NCBI GenBank assembly: GCA_963662545.2
Contig: CAXXLL010000002.1
Location: 1,856,001 to 1,920,000 of the forward strand
Length of the DNA stretch: 64,000 nt
DNA from: Gammaproteobacteria bacterium
Lineage (GTDB): Bacteria > Pseudomonadota > Gammaproteobacteria > Ga0077536
Direction: 5' to 3'
Below are positions 8,804 through 19,667 of this stretch, piece by piece (within the stretch, counting starts at the first letter, position 1; the number at the start of each line of letters is the position of its first letter). The notes beneath the pieces were generated by a model that had not been told where the DNA came from, did no database searches, and saw only the letters and a list, made by a program, of their open reading frames with translations. The position numbers and the translations under genes are program-made.

Positions 8804-10474
8804 TCATTTACGCCGCCGACGCGCCGCGCGCTCGAATTCCGTTCGCAGCCGTTTCGCGATCGCGAACGCGGCCTGCGGCCGACCGGAATCCATCGCTTTA
8901 GCGGCTTTGTCCAACGCTGTTTTCACCCGTTTGCCACGCATGAGGTCGGGCCGGGACTGGAGCAAAGCGATGACCTCGGTCAATTCGCGATGGGCCGCAA
9001 TGGACTGTCGCGCGCGCTCGACAACGGTGTTTTTCGCGCCCTGTTCTATCGCTGCGTCGATCAACGCTTCCGCGGTGCCGTAGTCCCCGGCCACAACCGC
9101 CGTTTCGAATCTTGCTGCAAGATCGCGTTGCGAGCCAACAGGTTCGTCGACTGCGGGGTCCCGCGGGGACGGCAGTACGGGCACCTCCGCAACCGGTGGC
9201 TTGACGCCAGGTGCGGTGCTAGTGACGGCAGACGCTGGCTCCGGTACTTTTTCGACTTCGGACTCCACCGGTTCGTTTACGCTGCCGCTCGCGGATAGGT
9301 CCGGGAGGTCCTCGACGACGGCGGGGATAGTCTGAATTTCGGCGGTCGCGACCGTCGACGGCGGCGTAATGTCATCCGGATCATTTTTCTTTTTGTCTTC
9401 GCCCGCGAGCAAAAGGAAAACGACGGCGACAGCGAGCCATACCCGTTTGCGGCGATACCAGGATTTTTTCCTGGCCGGCGCCGGTGGCTCGGGCTCGTTC
9501 TGTGGCGACAGCCGAACAGTGTCGGCGACGACGGTCTCGACCTCGGCCGGATCCGCGAGCGGCGTTCGAATCTCGGCCACCGGCTGCTCGCCGCGCAGGG
9601 TCGCGCGCCAGGCCGCAATATTTTGCGGGCGCGCATCGCTGTGAAAACTCAAACCGGCATCAATTGCGACCAGCAGATTGGGCGAGTAGTCGCCGGAGGC
9701 CAGCTCGGAGCAACCAACCAGCGGGTCGCCTTCGTTTTCGAGAATGCCGCGGCCGCGATCGACCGCTGCCATCGGCGCAATCCCTGTCACGCAACGATAA
9801 GCAGTCGCCGCAAGCGCATAGATGTCTGTCCAGGGTCCTTGTTGTTTGCCATCCGACTGGTACTGTTCGAACGGCGCGTAGCCGGGTGAGACCAGGGTCG
9901 TCAGGGTCTGGGTGTGTTCGCTCAAGGCCTGTCTAGCCGAGCCAAAATCGATCAGCACGGCATGGCCATCATCACGCAGATAAATATTGGCCGGCTTGAT
10001 GTCGCGGTGAATGAAGCCGGCCTCATGGACCGTTTCAAGACCGTCCATGCAGGTGTCGATCACGGCCCGGACGCGCTCCTCTGGCAGCGTCTTTTTTTCC
10101 TTGAGTTCGGCACCCAAGGTTTGTCCGCGTTCGAAACGCATTACCAGATAGGCAGTGCCATGCGCTTCGAAGACCGACAAAACGCGCACGATTGCCGGAT
10201 GGTCGAAGCGCGCCAGGGTGCGCCCTTCACTGATGAAGCGTTCTAGCCCCCACCGGTAATCGGGCTCGTGGTCGGGCGTCAGCGGCAGCACCTGGTGATC
10301 GGGACCTCGCGTTGCAATCGAACCCGGCAGGTATTCCTTGATCGCAACTGCTTGTTCGAGATTCGTATCGAGCGCGAGGTAGGTGATCCCGAAGCCGCCG
10401 TGACCGAGCACTCGCGAGATCCGGTACCAGAGCAATTGGAAGTCCGCGGGGAGGGCGTTCGGGATCGCACTCAC
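8804..10474 (-). CDS. Membrane-anchored Hanks-type Ser/Thr protein kinase
   Basis: LGHGGFGITY, VAIKE, HRDIKPAN, DFG, YAPFEQ; one hydrophobic segment after RRKR; Pro-rich linker; GTG start. Confidence 0.92.
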   Translation of the reverse strand: MSAIPNALPADFQLLWYRISRVLGHGGFGITYLALDTNLEQAVAIKEYLPGSIATRGPDHQVLPLTPDHEPDYRWGLERFISEGRTLARFDHPAIVRVLSVFEAHGTAYLVMRFERGQTLGAELKEKKTLPEERVRAVIDTCMDGLETVHEAGFIHRDIKPANIYLRDDGHAVLIDFGSARQALSEHTQTLTTLVSPGYAPFEQYQSDGKQQGPWTDIYALAATAYRCVTGIAPMAAVDRGRGILENEGDPLVGCSELASGDYSPNLLVAIDAGLSFHSDARPQNIAAWRATLRGEQPVAEIRTPLADPAEVETVVADTVRLSPQNEPEPPAPARKKSWYRRKRVWLAVAVVFLLLAGEDKKKNDPDDITPPSTVATAEIQTIPAVVEDLPDLSASGSVNEPVESEVEKVPEPASAVTSTAPGVKPPVAEVPVLPSPRDPAVDEPVGSQRDLAARFETAVVAGDYGTAEALIDAAIEQGAKNTVVERARQSIAAHRELTEVIALLQSRPDLMRGKRVKTALDKAAKAMDSGRPQAAFAIAKRLRTEFERAARRRRK

Positions 10475-10737
10475 GTGCCTGGACCTCCGTTCAAAGCTGG
10501 CATCTGCGGCTGATGTTCGCGATGATTACGCCCTCTCGACGTCGCCATAAGGCGCCCGGCCGTCGCACGGCACCGGGCGGCGAAACACGGGCTCCACCCG
10601 TGTCGCTGAAGTTGAGCGCGGCAATGAACGATCCAGGGGGATCTATCCATCGACCGGGACGGGGATGTAGGGGAACAACGGGTTTCTCATCATTCTAATA
10701 ACGCTCGGATGGGTGTTTCGTTGACCAGGAGAAGGCA

Positions 10738-12390
10738 ATGACGAATTTACTCGAGCGCGGCTCCACCTACGAAGAAGTCTATAACAATTTCAAGTGGAAC
10801 ATTCCGCAACGTTACAACATCGCTGACGACGTTTGCGATCGATGGGCAGATGATACCGACCGCGTTGCGCTGATCTATGAAGATGCCGCCAAGAAGGTAC
10901 ACACCTATAACTTCGCGCAAATCCGTAAGTACGCGAACCAGCTTGCCAATACGCTGTGCTCGTACGGACTCCAGCGCGGCGATCGCGTCACCCTGCTGCT
11001 CGCGCAGGATCCCGAGTGCGCGTTCGCGCACGTCGCGTGCTGGAAAGCCGGCATGGTGTCCGGCCCGACTTCGGTACTGTTCGCCGGCGATGCCATCATC
11101 TATCGGTTGAACGACAGCGGCGCAAAGGTTTTGATTACGGATGCAGCAAACTATCCCAAGGTCGCAGAAGTGCGAGGAGAGTGCCCGAATCTCGAGCGCG
11201 TACTGGTTATAGACGGCGAACCCGAGGGTGCGGAAAATTTCTGGAAGGCGATCGAGGGCGCCGACGAGTCGTTCACGAACGTCGACACAGGCGCGGAAGA
11301 GGTCGCCTGGATCAGTTATACCTCGGGAACGACGGGTATGCCGAAGGGCTCGGTCCAGCCGCACCGGATGATGCTCGGCCACATGCCGAGCCTCGAATTC
11401 ATCTATGATTTTTTTCCGCAGGAAAACGACGCTTTGTGGTCGCCCGCCGACTGGGCGTGGATGGCAGGATTAATGGACGTCCTGATGCCTGGCTGGTTCC
11501 ACGGCTGCAAGGTCGTCGCGACTGCGATGAAAGGTTTCGATGCCGAAGACGCGTACCGCATCATGGCCGAGCACGAAGTGACGCTCGCGCTTTTGACGCC
11601 GACGATGCTGAAACTCATGCGGCAGGTGCCGGCACCCCTGGAGCGCCACGACCTCAAACTGAGGGCGGTGCTGTCGGGCGGCGAGTCAGTGGGTACCAGT
11701 CTGCTTGAATGGGCGGAGAAGGAACTCGGACTCAGCATCAACGAAGGCTTCGGCCAGACCGAATGCAACGTTATCCTCGGCAATAACGGCAAGGTCTTTC
11801 CCGTTAAGCCAGGCTCGCTGGGCAAGCCGACGCCGGGTTCCATCGTCGCTATCGTCGACGACGACGGCAAGGAGGTTCAGCCGGGGACCGAGGGACACAT
11901 CGCTTGCAAGCGACCTCATCCCGTCATGCTTCTCGAATACCTCAACAAACCGGACGCGACGCGCGAGAAATTCATCGATGACTGGTTGATCACGGGAGAC
12001 CTCGGACACATGGACGAGGATGGTTACTTTTGGTTTCACGGGCGTGGCGACGACGTCATTACGAGTTCCGGCTACCGTATTGGTCCGGGTGAGATCGAAG
12101 ACGCTCTCATCAAGCACGACGCCGTCCAGATGGTGGCCGTGATAGGCGTTCCCGATCCCGTGCGCACGGAGATCATCAAGGCCTTTATCATTCCAGTGGC
12201 AGGAGCAAAGGCAGATGACGGCCTGGCGGAAGAACTGCGGGACTTCGTGCGCACGCGGCTCGCCCGGCACGAGGTGCCGAAGCTGATTGAATTCGTCGAC
12301 AGCCTGCCGATGACGACGACGGGCAAGATCATGCGGCGCGAACTCAGGGAACGCGAAAAAACGCGTTTGGCGGCGCAGAGCATGGGCTGA
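10738..12390 (+). CDS. AMP-dependent acyl-CoA synthetase
   Basis: YTSGTTGMPKG, EGFGQTE, TGD, GRGDDVI, LPMTTTGKI. Confidence 0.93.
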   Translation: MTNLLERGSTYEEVYNNFKWNIPQRYNIADDVCDRWADDTDRVALIYEDAAKKVHTYNFAQIRKYANQLANTLCSYGLQRGDRVTLLLAQDPECAFAHVACWKAGMVSGPTSVLFAGDAIIYRLNDSGAKVLITDAANYPKVAEVRGECPNLERVLVIDGEPEGAENFWKAIEGADESFTNVDTGAEEVAWISYTSGTTGMPKGSVQPHRMMLGHMPSLEFIYDFFPQENDALWSPADWAWMAGLMDVLMPGWFHGCKVVATAMKGFDAEDAYRIMAEHEVTLALLTPTMLKLMRQVPAPLERHDLKLRAVLSGGESVGTSLLEWAEKELGLSINEGFGQTECNVILGNNGKVFPVKPGSLGKPTPGSIVAIVDDDGKEVQPGTEGHIACKRPHPVMLLEYLNKPDATREKFIDDWLITGDLGHMDEDGYFWFHGRGDDVITSSGYRIGPGEIEDALIKHDAVQMVAVIGVPDPVRTEIIKAFIIPVAGAKADDGLAEELRDFVRTRLARHEVPKLIEFVDSLPMTTTGKIMRRELREREKTRLAAQSMG

Positions 12391-12408
12391 ACCGCGGTCC
12401 GACGGCCT

Positions 12409-12630
12409 TTGATGCGCTATCGAATTAGGCCCTCCGGCACCGACATTCCGGCCCAGAACAGCATTGACTTCGTCACTTCGACGGTGTGGCTCACCCTTTT
12501 CGTCGGGATTGCATTGGTCGTGATGGGTTTTCACGGCCGTCAGCGTTGGCTGCAGTTCTGGGGCGGCCTGACCTGTCTGTGCTGCGCCGCTTATTTCCTG
12601 CGCGAGGTGTTCGGCTGGTTGCGAGTTTAG
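12409..12630 (+). CDS. Small hypothetical membrane protein
   Basis: 73 aa with two hydrophobic segments, 18 nt after the synthetase stop. Confidence 0.5.
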   Translation: MMRYRIRPSGTDIPAQNSIDFVTSTVWLTLFVGIALVVMGFHGRQRWLQFWGGLTCLCCAAYFLREVFGWLRV

Positions 12631-12688
12631 CGGTGAGGTCCGGGATTTAAATTTTACCTTTCACCATCTCGCGGTCGGGCGGCGACGC

Positions 12689-14481
12689 TTACTCGACGGC
12701 AAAAGCCCGGGCGAACACCGTCGGCTGGCCCTTGTACGCGCCCACGCGCGCTTCGGCGAACTGTTCGAAACCCGCGGCATGGCCGCCGTCCGATCCGAAC
12801 AAGAGGGCCCCTCGCAACCCTTTGTTGCGCTGCAGCCTTTCCTCGTGCGAGCTCGCCGCGAGGATATTGTCGGCGCGCCGCACATAAACGTAGCGTACCC
12901 AAGGGTAATCCCGTTTGAGTTCCGAGGGACTCAAAGCGAGCATCGTCTCGACCAGATCGATCTTAGCCAGGTGTTGTTCGGTCATGATGAAGTTATTGGC
13001 GATGATCGAGCAATCCGTATGGAAACGCAGGTAATGCCCGTCGTTGAAATCCGCGAGAACAACGCCCGGCTCGCGCTCGCATCGTTTCCCGAGTTCAAGA
13101 AACATCGGTCGTTGCAACAAGTATTCGAGATGTCCGCCAAGCGCTGGACTGTCGCCGAGATGATAAAGCCCGGGCCACATCGCGAGCGCCAGTGCCGCGA
13201 TCGAAAGAACCGACACCGCTATCCGGCGCGCCGGCGCTAACTGAAGTCGTAGGTGATCCGCACTGATGATCAGGGGCAGGTACAGCGCGAAGCTGCCGAA
13301 ATAGTGCAGCCGTTCCTGGGCAAGTAATAGCGCAAGCCACCGCAGGCGCCGAGGTCGAAGACGACCCGCGCCGGATCGCGCCCGCGCACGACGCCGTACA
13401 GACAACAGGCAAAAGTCACTGGCATTACAAGAAAAAAGCCCGAATACGCGGTGAGAAGCGCGCCCAACCCGCCGCTGAAAACCGATTTCAGCGGGCTCCG
13501 CACTTCGTTTATGGGGGCGAGATGGGCGAGGTTCGCCCCGACGAAATCGAACCCTTGCCTGACCTGCGCGATGTTCAACAGTAGCAAAGCGGCAATGGAC
13601 AGCAGCCACAGGGCATGGCGTGAGGGCAAGGCCCGCGTCGCGAGCAATACCGTCAGGGCGGTGAAGCTTGCAGCCGCGAGGTGAAACCAGGACAGGAGAT
13701 AGAAAGCGTAGCTGCCGGCGCGAAAGGGTTGGGACGGAATCAAGACCATCACGGTCGCAGCGAGCAATGCGATCGCGAAATGTCTCGAGGTGGTCGAGGG
13801 GACGGGTAGCTTGCGGAATGCCAGGATGGCCAGTCCGGCGATCAGGGGTGCCTGCAGTACGAACAGGCCGTTATGAAATGCGGGCGCCACGCCCAGCACG
13901 ATGCCCGTCGCGAGCGCTGCGGCGCGCGAGGTCTGGTTCTGCATCCATGTGATCGCCGTGATCAGAAATCCGAGGACGAAAGCGAATTCGACGAAATGGT
14001 GGTCGATACGCCCGACGGCATGCAGTGCCTGGGTAAGCGGGGACAGGGCGAAGCACGCGCCGCCCAGTATGGCGGCAAAATGTGAAGCGCCCAGCGCACG
14101 AACCAGTCCCAGCCATAAGGCGGCGGTCAGCAAGGTGGTATAGACGGGAATCAACACGAGCACCTGCATTGGATCGCGCGCGGGCGATAGCCCGTGGAAA
14201 GCGGCCACGATCCTTGCGCACAGCCAGTCGTACGCCCATGGCCAGGTCAACATGCTGCCTTCCGGCATGTGTATGCGAACGTCGAACTGGTAGAACCCGG
14301 TAGCGCCGATGGCGGCGTCCAGAATACGGCGCGCGTGGTAGAAGGCGTCGGGACCGACAGGAACGAAACTACCGTCCACCGACGAGGCCGGCATCCAGTT
14401 GAGGCCCGCTACCACTGCCGCCGTCCCGGTCAACAGCCAGATGAAAAACGATACGGTAAATCGCCGGTCGTCGAGCGTCAT
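12689..14481 (-). pseudogene. STT3/AglB-like membrane glycosyltransferase, copy 1, frameshifted near 13330-13345
   Basis: ORF 13270..14481 (PDAFYHARRI, TWPWAYD, GRIDHHFVE, INE) and ORF 12689..13609 (RLHYFG, VLADFNDGHYL, IIANNF) join into one protein collinear with 39274..41031 if one base is restored. Confidence 0.8.
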
Positions 14482-14547
14482 TTCACGGCGCCCTCGGGCA
14501 TATCGTGCCGTGGGTGACTGGGTGCGGCGGTCAGGTATGCCCGCCGG

Positions 14548-15312
14548 TTACGGTACCGTGAAGCCACCGTCGACGGGCATGGCGATACCGGTCACGAACG
14601 AAGATCGATCGGAGAGCAGCCAAACGACGGCTTCACCTATTTCCTGAGGCTCACCGATCCGTCCGATGGGCTGTTGATCGAGCAGGCTTTCCCGGGTGAT
14701 CCCCGTTTCCGCGATCATGCGTTCGACCATCGGCGTCTGGATGACGCCGGGGCAAACGGCGTTAACGCGGATGCGCTTACGCGCGTATTCGAGCGCCGCG
14801 CACTTGGTCAAGCCCACCACGCCGTGCTTGGCCGCGCAATAGGCGGAGCCGCCGCGCGTGCCGACCAAGCCTGCGACGGACGCGGTGCTGACGATGGCAC
14901 CGCCATTTTCCTGCAGGAGAAATCGTTCGATTTCATACTTCACACAAAGCCATACGGATTTCAAATCGATGTTGATGGTGCGATCGAACTCCCGCTCGGA
15001 CATCTTGACGATGCTCGTGAACTGTCCTTCTATGCCGGCGTTGTTGAATGCTCCGTCGAGACGGCCGTAAGCCTCGATCGTGGAAGCGATCATGCGCTTG
15101 ACTTGATCGGTTTCGGCGACATTGGTCTCGACGAACAGCGCGCGCCCGCCGTTCGCGTTGATTTCCTCGGCGACCGCCCGACCCGCTTCGACGTTGATGT
15201 CGGCGATGGTCAACGCCGCCCCTTCCTCGGCGCAGCGCAGCGCGCTGGCGCGACCGATGCCGGTGCTGCCGCCGGTCACGAGAATGACTTTGTCTTCGAG
15301 TAGAGCAGGCAT
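14548..15312 (-). CDS. SDR family oxidoreductase
   Basis: TGGSTGIG, NNAG, YCAAK, RVNAVCPG; ATG 15312 abuts the upstream stop. Confidence 0.93.
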   Translation of the reverse strand: MPALLEDKVILVTGGSTGIGRASALRCAEEGAALTIADINVEAGRAVAEEINANGGRALFVETNVAETDQVKRMIASTIEAYGRLDGAFNNAGIEGQFTSIVKMSEREFDRTINIDLKSVWLCVKYEIERFLLQENGGAIVSTASVAGLVGTRGGSAYCAAKHGVVGLTKCAALEYARKRIRVNAVCPGVIQTPMVERMIAETGITRESLLDQQPIGRIGEPQEIGEAVVWLLSDRSSFVTGIAMPVDGGFTVP

Positions 15313-15313
15313 A

Positions 15314-16882
15314 TCAGGTTCCGTATACCCGTTCGAGATGTTCATCGGAGGGCGGCGTCGTCATCAGGGAGACAACGACCATGGCCGTGACCGAAGCCGC
15401 CGCTCCCAAGGTAGCGCATGCAAAGGGATTGACTGCTTGTGATTCGAGCCATGCAACAACGGGTTCGAGACCGCCGCCAGCGAACCACGAGGCCTTGAGC
15501 GAACCGGTTTTGAGAAGCGGGAAAACCGCGCCGCCCACGACAAATCCTGCGATGCTGCCGACTTTCGTCGCACGGCGCCACAATACACCCAGGAACATAG
15601 GTCCGCAGGTCGCCGCCATCATGCCGCCTATGCCGAGCCAGACAAGGAGCGCGATGTTCTCATTGCGCTGATTCCACGCGATGGCGATGGCACATACCAA
15701 GATGATCACGGTCGCGACGCGGCTGATCAAGAGCGTCATGCGATCCACATCGCGGGGATCGCGATTGGCCATCCAGCGCGGCGCGAGCGTTCGACGGAAT
15801 ATGTCATTGGCGAATATCTGCGCGGTCGATACGACCAGCCCGTCCGCCGTCGACATCACGGCGGCGAGGACGCCGGCCCCGATCATGGCGGCCGCCCAGC
15901 TCGGTAGCGTGGCGATGAAAAGCTCCGGAATCGCATGGTTCGGATTACTGCCCTCGGCCATCAAGGCATCACCGAACATCGCGCGCGCCAGGATGCCGCC
16001 GCAGGTGATCGCCGGCAGCAACATGCCGAAGGCGAAGGCGAAGGAGATGAATTTCAGCTGGTCGCGATTGTTCTTGAGCGCCCACAATTTATTGCCGATG
16101 TGGGGCAGCAATCCCAGCGGGAGATGGGAGCAGAAGATCGCGAAAATATCCCACCAGGAATCAAACAGCGGATGGGTCGGATGCAAGGTCATGACCAGGC
16201 CGGGATCCAGTTCCTCCAGTCGGGTGAGCATGCCGCCGAAACCGCCTTCCATGCCGAAACCGGTGAGAAACATCCACAAAACGAGGGCGGCTAGGGCGAG
16301 CATCAGGGCACCTTGCACCCCATCGGTCAGGATGTCGGCGTGCGCACCGCCGAGCGCGATGTAGATCATCAGGACGAGCGCTGTTACGACCAGCGCGGTA
16401 AAGGTGTCGAGCCCCAACATCTGGGTGAACATGACGGCGCCCGCCAGTAACTGGCCGGCGAGGTAGAACAAGAGCAGCATCGAGAACAGCGCGACCAGGA
16501 TGCGCAGGGCATCGGAGTCGAATCGATCGCCCAGGTATTCCGGCATCGAGCGGCTGCCGAAGCTGGCACCCGCCCGGCGGATGGCGTGCAGGCAGATCAG
16601 CACGCCGGAATAAACGCCGAGAGGATAGACGAAGGCGTACCACAGGGTGGACAGGCCGCCTTTGTAAGCCAGGCCCGGAAGACCGAGGAATGTAGCGCCG
16701 CTCGCCGTCGTGGCGGTCAAGGCGAAAGCCAGGAACAAGGGGCCATAGCTGCCGCGTGCCGTGGCGAAATCATCGCTGTCATGGACGCGTCCCATGCCCA
16801 CGAAGCCAAATACGACCATCACCGCGACGTAAAACGCGAGAAACGTCCAACCCCAAAATAACAGGGGTTCAAATCCGAACAT
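15314..16882 (-). CDS. Sodium:solute symporter (SSS) family
   Basis: Polytopic membrane protein; SGATFLGLPG, EYLGDRF, TDGVQG, AAVMSTADGL; GGAGAG RBS before ATG 16882. Confidence 0.9.
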   Translation of the reverse strand: MFGFEPLLFWGWTFLAFYVAVMVVFGFVGMGRVHDSDDFATARGSYGPLFLAFALTATTASGATFLGLPGLAYKGGLSTLWYAFVYPLGVYSGVLICLHAIRRAGASFGSRSMPEYLGDRFDSDALRILVALFSMLLLFYLAGQLLAGAVMFTQMLGLDTFTALVVTALVLMIYIALGGAHADILTDGVQGALMLALAALVLWMFLTGFGMEGGFGGMLTRLEELDPGLVMTLHPTHPLFDSWWDIFAIFCSHLPLGLLPHIGNKLWALKNNRDQLKFISFAFAFGMLLPAITCGGILARAMFGDALMAEGSNPNHAIPELFIATLPSWAAAMIGAGVLAAVMSTADGLVVSTAQIFANDIFRRTLAPRWMANRDPRDVDRMTLLISRVATVIILVCAIAIAWNQRNENIALLVWLGIGGMMAATCGPMFLGVLWRRATKVGSIAGFVVGGAVFPLLKTGSLKASWFAGGGLEPVVAWLESQAVNPFACATLGAAASVTAMVVVSLMTTPPSDEHLERVYGT

Positions 16883-17136
16883 GTCTGGTGCTCTCCCCAA
16901 GTGCCAGCGGGTTTCCAACCGGCTCAGAATCGCGGTGAAATCCCCGGTGCGGTTTCCCTTAAACGTTTCGGACGGCTCGCTACCGCTTGCTTACGGCGTG
17001 CGGCGCCGGGTACCGCGACCGCGCAGGTTTATAACATCTGCTCGCGTGCAGTGCTACCAGGCGTTCGCTGGAGGCCTGGTCGGATAGTGAAAAACGATGT
17101 CCTGCCGTTAAGGGTACACTGTCGTGCACAGGCGCA

Positions 17137-18408
17137 ATGGACGCCCGTCCGATCCCCGAAGAGATGAAAGTGGTCACACCCGGCGAGGCAGTCGCCGCCA
17201 TCCCCGACGGCAAGCTCGTCGTGTTTCCCGGCGGCTGTGCCGATCCGAGCATGTTCTATGATGCCTTTAGCGCGGATGTCGATCGCTTCAGCGATCTCAC
17301 CGTCTGTTCGGGCATGTCCTGGGGCGATTACCGCTTCCTCGAACGCGGTCTGGGTGATCACTTCCATTATCTTACGTGGCAAGCGTCACCCAAGATCCGG
17401 CACCTGTTTACTGAAAACGATCGCCGCAAGGTGAGCTTCGTTCCGATCAGGCTGAGCGATCTGACACGCGTGGTCTCGCGCAATGGACCCATCAGACCCG
17501 AGGTCGTCGTGGTACAGACGACCATGCCGCAGGACGATGCGACCGTAAGCCTCGGCATCTCGGTCGGGCCCAACCAGGATTTCATCGAAAGCGCAAATTT
17601 CGTCATCGCTGAAATGAACAGCAATATGCCGGTAACGGCGGGTGACAGTCGCGTGGCCATAGCGAATATCGATCTCGCCATTGAATCGTCCCGCCCCCTG
17701 GCGACCTACGACACCGGCGCGCCCGAACCGCGCGACGAGTGCATCGTCGAGCACGTGCTGAGTCTCATCCCCGATGCCGCCTGGGTGCAGTTCGGCGTCG
17801 GCGCCGTACCCGACCGTGTGCTGGGACGACTGGCCGAAATATACGGCGCGAATCTCTACTCGGGCATGCTATCGCAAGGGCTGATCCGGTATCTGGAAAA
17901 TGCCAAGCACAAACCCAAGGTGATCAACGGTGAAATTGCCGGAAACGCCTCCCTATATGCATTTTGTGACGGCAACGACACTGTCGAAATGCACCGAACA
18001 TCCGTCACCCACGACCCGCTCAAGCTCGCAGCACTGCCGCACTTCGTTTCAATCAATTCGACGGTCGAAATCGATCTACAGGGCCAGAGCAACGGCGAGA
18101 CCCTCGGCCCGGTGCAGATCAGCGGCGTTGGCGGTAGCCTCGATTACATCGAAGCGGCGGCATTGTCCGACGGCGGCGTATCCATCATCGCACTGCCGTC
18201 GACCACGGCCGGCGACAAGCGGTCCAAGATCGTCGTCTCGCTTACACCCGGCAGCGTGGTGACGACACCCCGGTATTGCATTGATTACGTCATTACCGAA
18301 TACGGTATCGCGCGCCTGCGCGGCAAAAGTCTATGGCAAAGAGCCGAAGCACTGATCGAAATCGCGCACCCCGATTTTCGCGATGAATTAGCAGCCTGTC
18401 GGACTTAG
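17137..18408 (+). CDS. Acetyl-CoA hydrolase/CoA-transferase (4-hydroxybutyrate CoA-transferase-like)
   Basis: QFGVGAVP, EIDLQGQ, ISGVGGSLDY, VTTPR, ITEYGIARLRG. Confidence 0.9.
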   Translation: MDARPIPEEMKVVTPGEAVAAIPDGKLVVFPGGCADPSMFYDAFSADVDRFSDLTVCSGMSWGDYRFLERGLGDHFHYLTWQASPKIRHLFTENDRRKVSFVPIRLSDLTRVVSRNGPIRPEVVVVQTTMPQDDATVSLGISVGPNQDFIESANFVIAEMNSNMPVTAGDSRVAIANIDLAIESSRPLATYDTGAPEPRDECIVEHVLSLIPDAAWVQFGVGAVPDRVLGRLAEIYGANLYSGMLSQGLIRYLENAKHKPKVINGEIAGNASLYAFCDGNDTVEMHRTSVTHDPLKLAALPHFVSINSTVEIDLQGQSNGETLGPVQISGVGGSLDYIEAAALSDGGVSIIALPSTTAGDKRSKIVVSLTPGSVVTTPRYCIDYVITEYGIARLRGKSLWQRAEALIEIAHPDFRDELAACRT

Positions 18409-18600
18409 GGAATCGTAACGATGTGGGTGGGAGAGCGGTCTGAGAGGTGTCATGGTTTGAGGCGAATAGTGGTTCTATTTAACGAAAATCATGGTGCATC
18501 TGGACCGCTATCCCACCGCCGTACGACTGCATGGATGCAGGAGGTAGAGCAATGCAGGAGCAATTGCCGAGTAGATTTCCTAAGTTCGACAGGCTGCTAA
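18388..18600. mobile_element. MITE-like element (family A) with 27-bp terminal inverted repeats
   Basis: Left TTAGCAGCCTGTCGGACTTAGGGAATC vs right GATTTCCTAAGTTCGACAGGCTGCTAA (2 mismatches); internal hairpin arms; no ORF. Confidence 0.8.
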
Positions 18601-18608
18601 GCAGCCGG

Positions 18609-19253
18609 TCATTGAACGGCTGAGTGGGTTTCCGTCGCCGGTTCGAATACGCGCTTTATTTCGACTGGTTCTTTTAATATCCGCATTTCGAGCTTGATCT
18701 GGTAGAGCAGTTGACGGGGATTACTCTTGACCGTGATTTTTTCGATGACCTTACCACCGTTCGGCGGATCCGTTTCGAGTATCAGAGTGCCGCTCTCCCA
18801 GTAGGCCAGCGTGTGTCCCAGCGTATCGGCCACCAACTCCTCGCCGCTTGCCGAGAATACCCGGCCAGCCGGATTCGGTTTGATCGATCGCGGCAGCTCG
18901 CCGTCGTAGAGGATTTCGTAACCGTCATCGAGGCGTGAAATGTCGAAGCGGCCCGCTTTGACGAGTGGATATACCGCGCCCAGACGCCTTAAGTTTTTTA
19001 GGCTGCTTCGCTCTTTGCCTGCGCGGACCGTATCCCAGTAGGCGTTCTGAGTCTCGTCGTAAGGGCCTTTTTCCCCACTTCCCCGGATCGGCGGGCGCGG
19101 CGTTGGGAAACCTCTCTTGCGCAGTTTTCCGCTGAACGCCTTTTTCGTGTCATCACTCAGTACTTCATCGATTACCCAGCCACCTTCGATCGCTGGCTCG
19201 GCGTGAACGATCCCGGCGGTGAGGAGGAAGGCGGCTAAGGTGTATTTGAGCAA
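18609..19253 (-). CDS. Hypothetical secreted protein
   Basis: Signal-peptide-like LLKYTLAAFLLTAGIVHA then a globular region; TTG start uncertain; the upstream ORF extension is not credible. Confidence 0.65.
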   Translation of the reverse strand: MLKYTLAAFLLTAGIVHAEPAIEGGWVIDEVLSDDTKKAFSGKLRKRGFPTPRPPIRGSGEKGPYDETQNAYWDTVRAGKERSSLKNLRRLGAVYPLVKAGRFDISRLDDGYEILYDGELPRSIKPNPAGRVFSASGEELVADTLGHTLAYWESGTLILETDPPNGGKVIEKITVKSNPRQLLYQIKLEMRILKEPVEIKRVFEPATETHSAVQ

Positions 19254-19667
19254 TCCGACGATCAAAAACCTGCCCGTAATGGCGGCGTAGATACCGATGG
19301 GCACGCGTCTTCGTGGCACGCCCCGGTTCACCGTGGTGCGTCTGGTTCTCGATCTGTGGCGATCATCGTGCATTCGTTGGAACGGGCAGTGCGTTACGCA
19401 AAGGAGATCGCCGGGTTGCGTTATGCTTGTACGCCACCCGGAGAAGCCGGCGATCGACCGTTCGGATGCATGTTGCCACGCCGTACCCCGTGCCTCAACC
19501 GCATTGATCATGAAGGAGAAATATGTGGCCAGTATGAAGATTCCATTGCAACCTGGTCCACGCGCAGTGGCGGTACCGGTTGACGCAGGTCTCTGCTGCG
19601 ATACCCGGCTGACTGCTCGACGATTTACCGCGTTGCGATCCACTCGATCGGGGCAGGGCGTCCGCAC

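Noticed and set aside
13325-13350. Programmed frameshift or phase-variable tract in STT3-like copy 1
   Set aside because: No homopolymer run, short tandem repeat or slippery heptamer at the junction.
2494-14481. STT3-like gene as a flagellin glycosylation locus
   Set aside because: It is about 9 kb from fliC with unrelated genes between, there are no Maf or sugar-biosynthesis genes, and bacterial flagellin is exported without a periplasmic stage.
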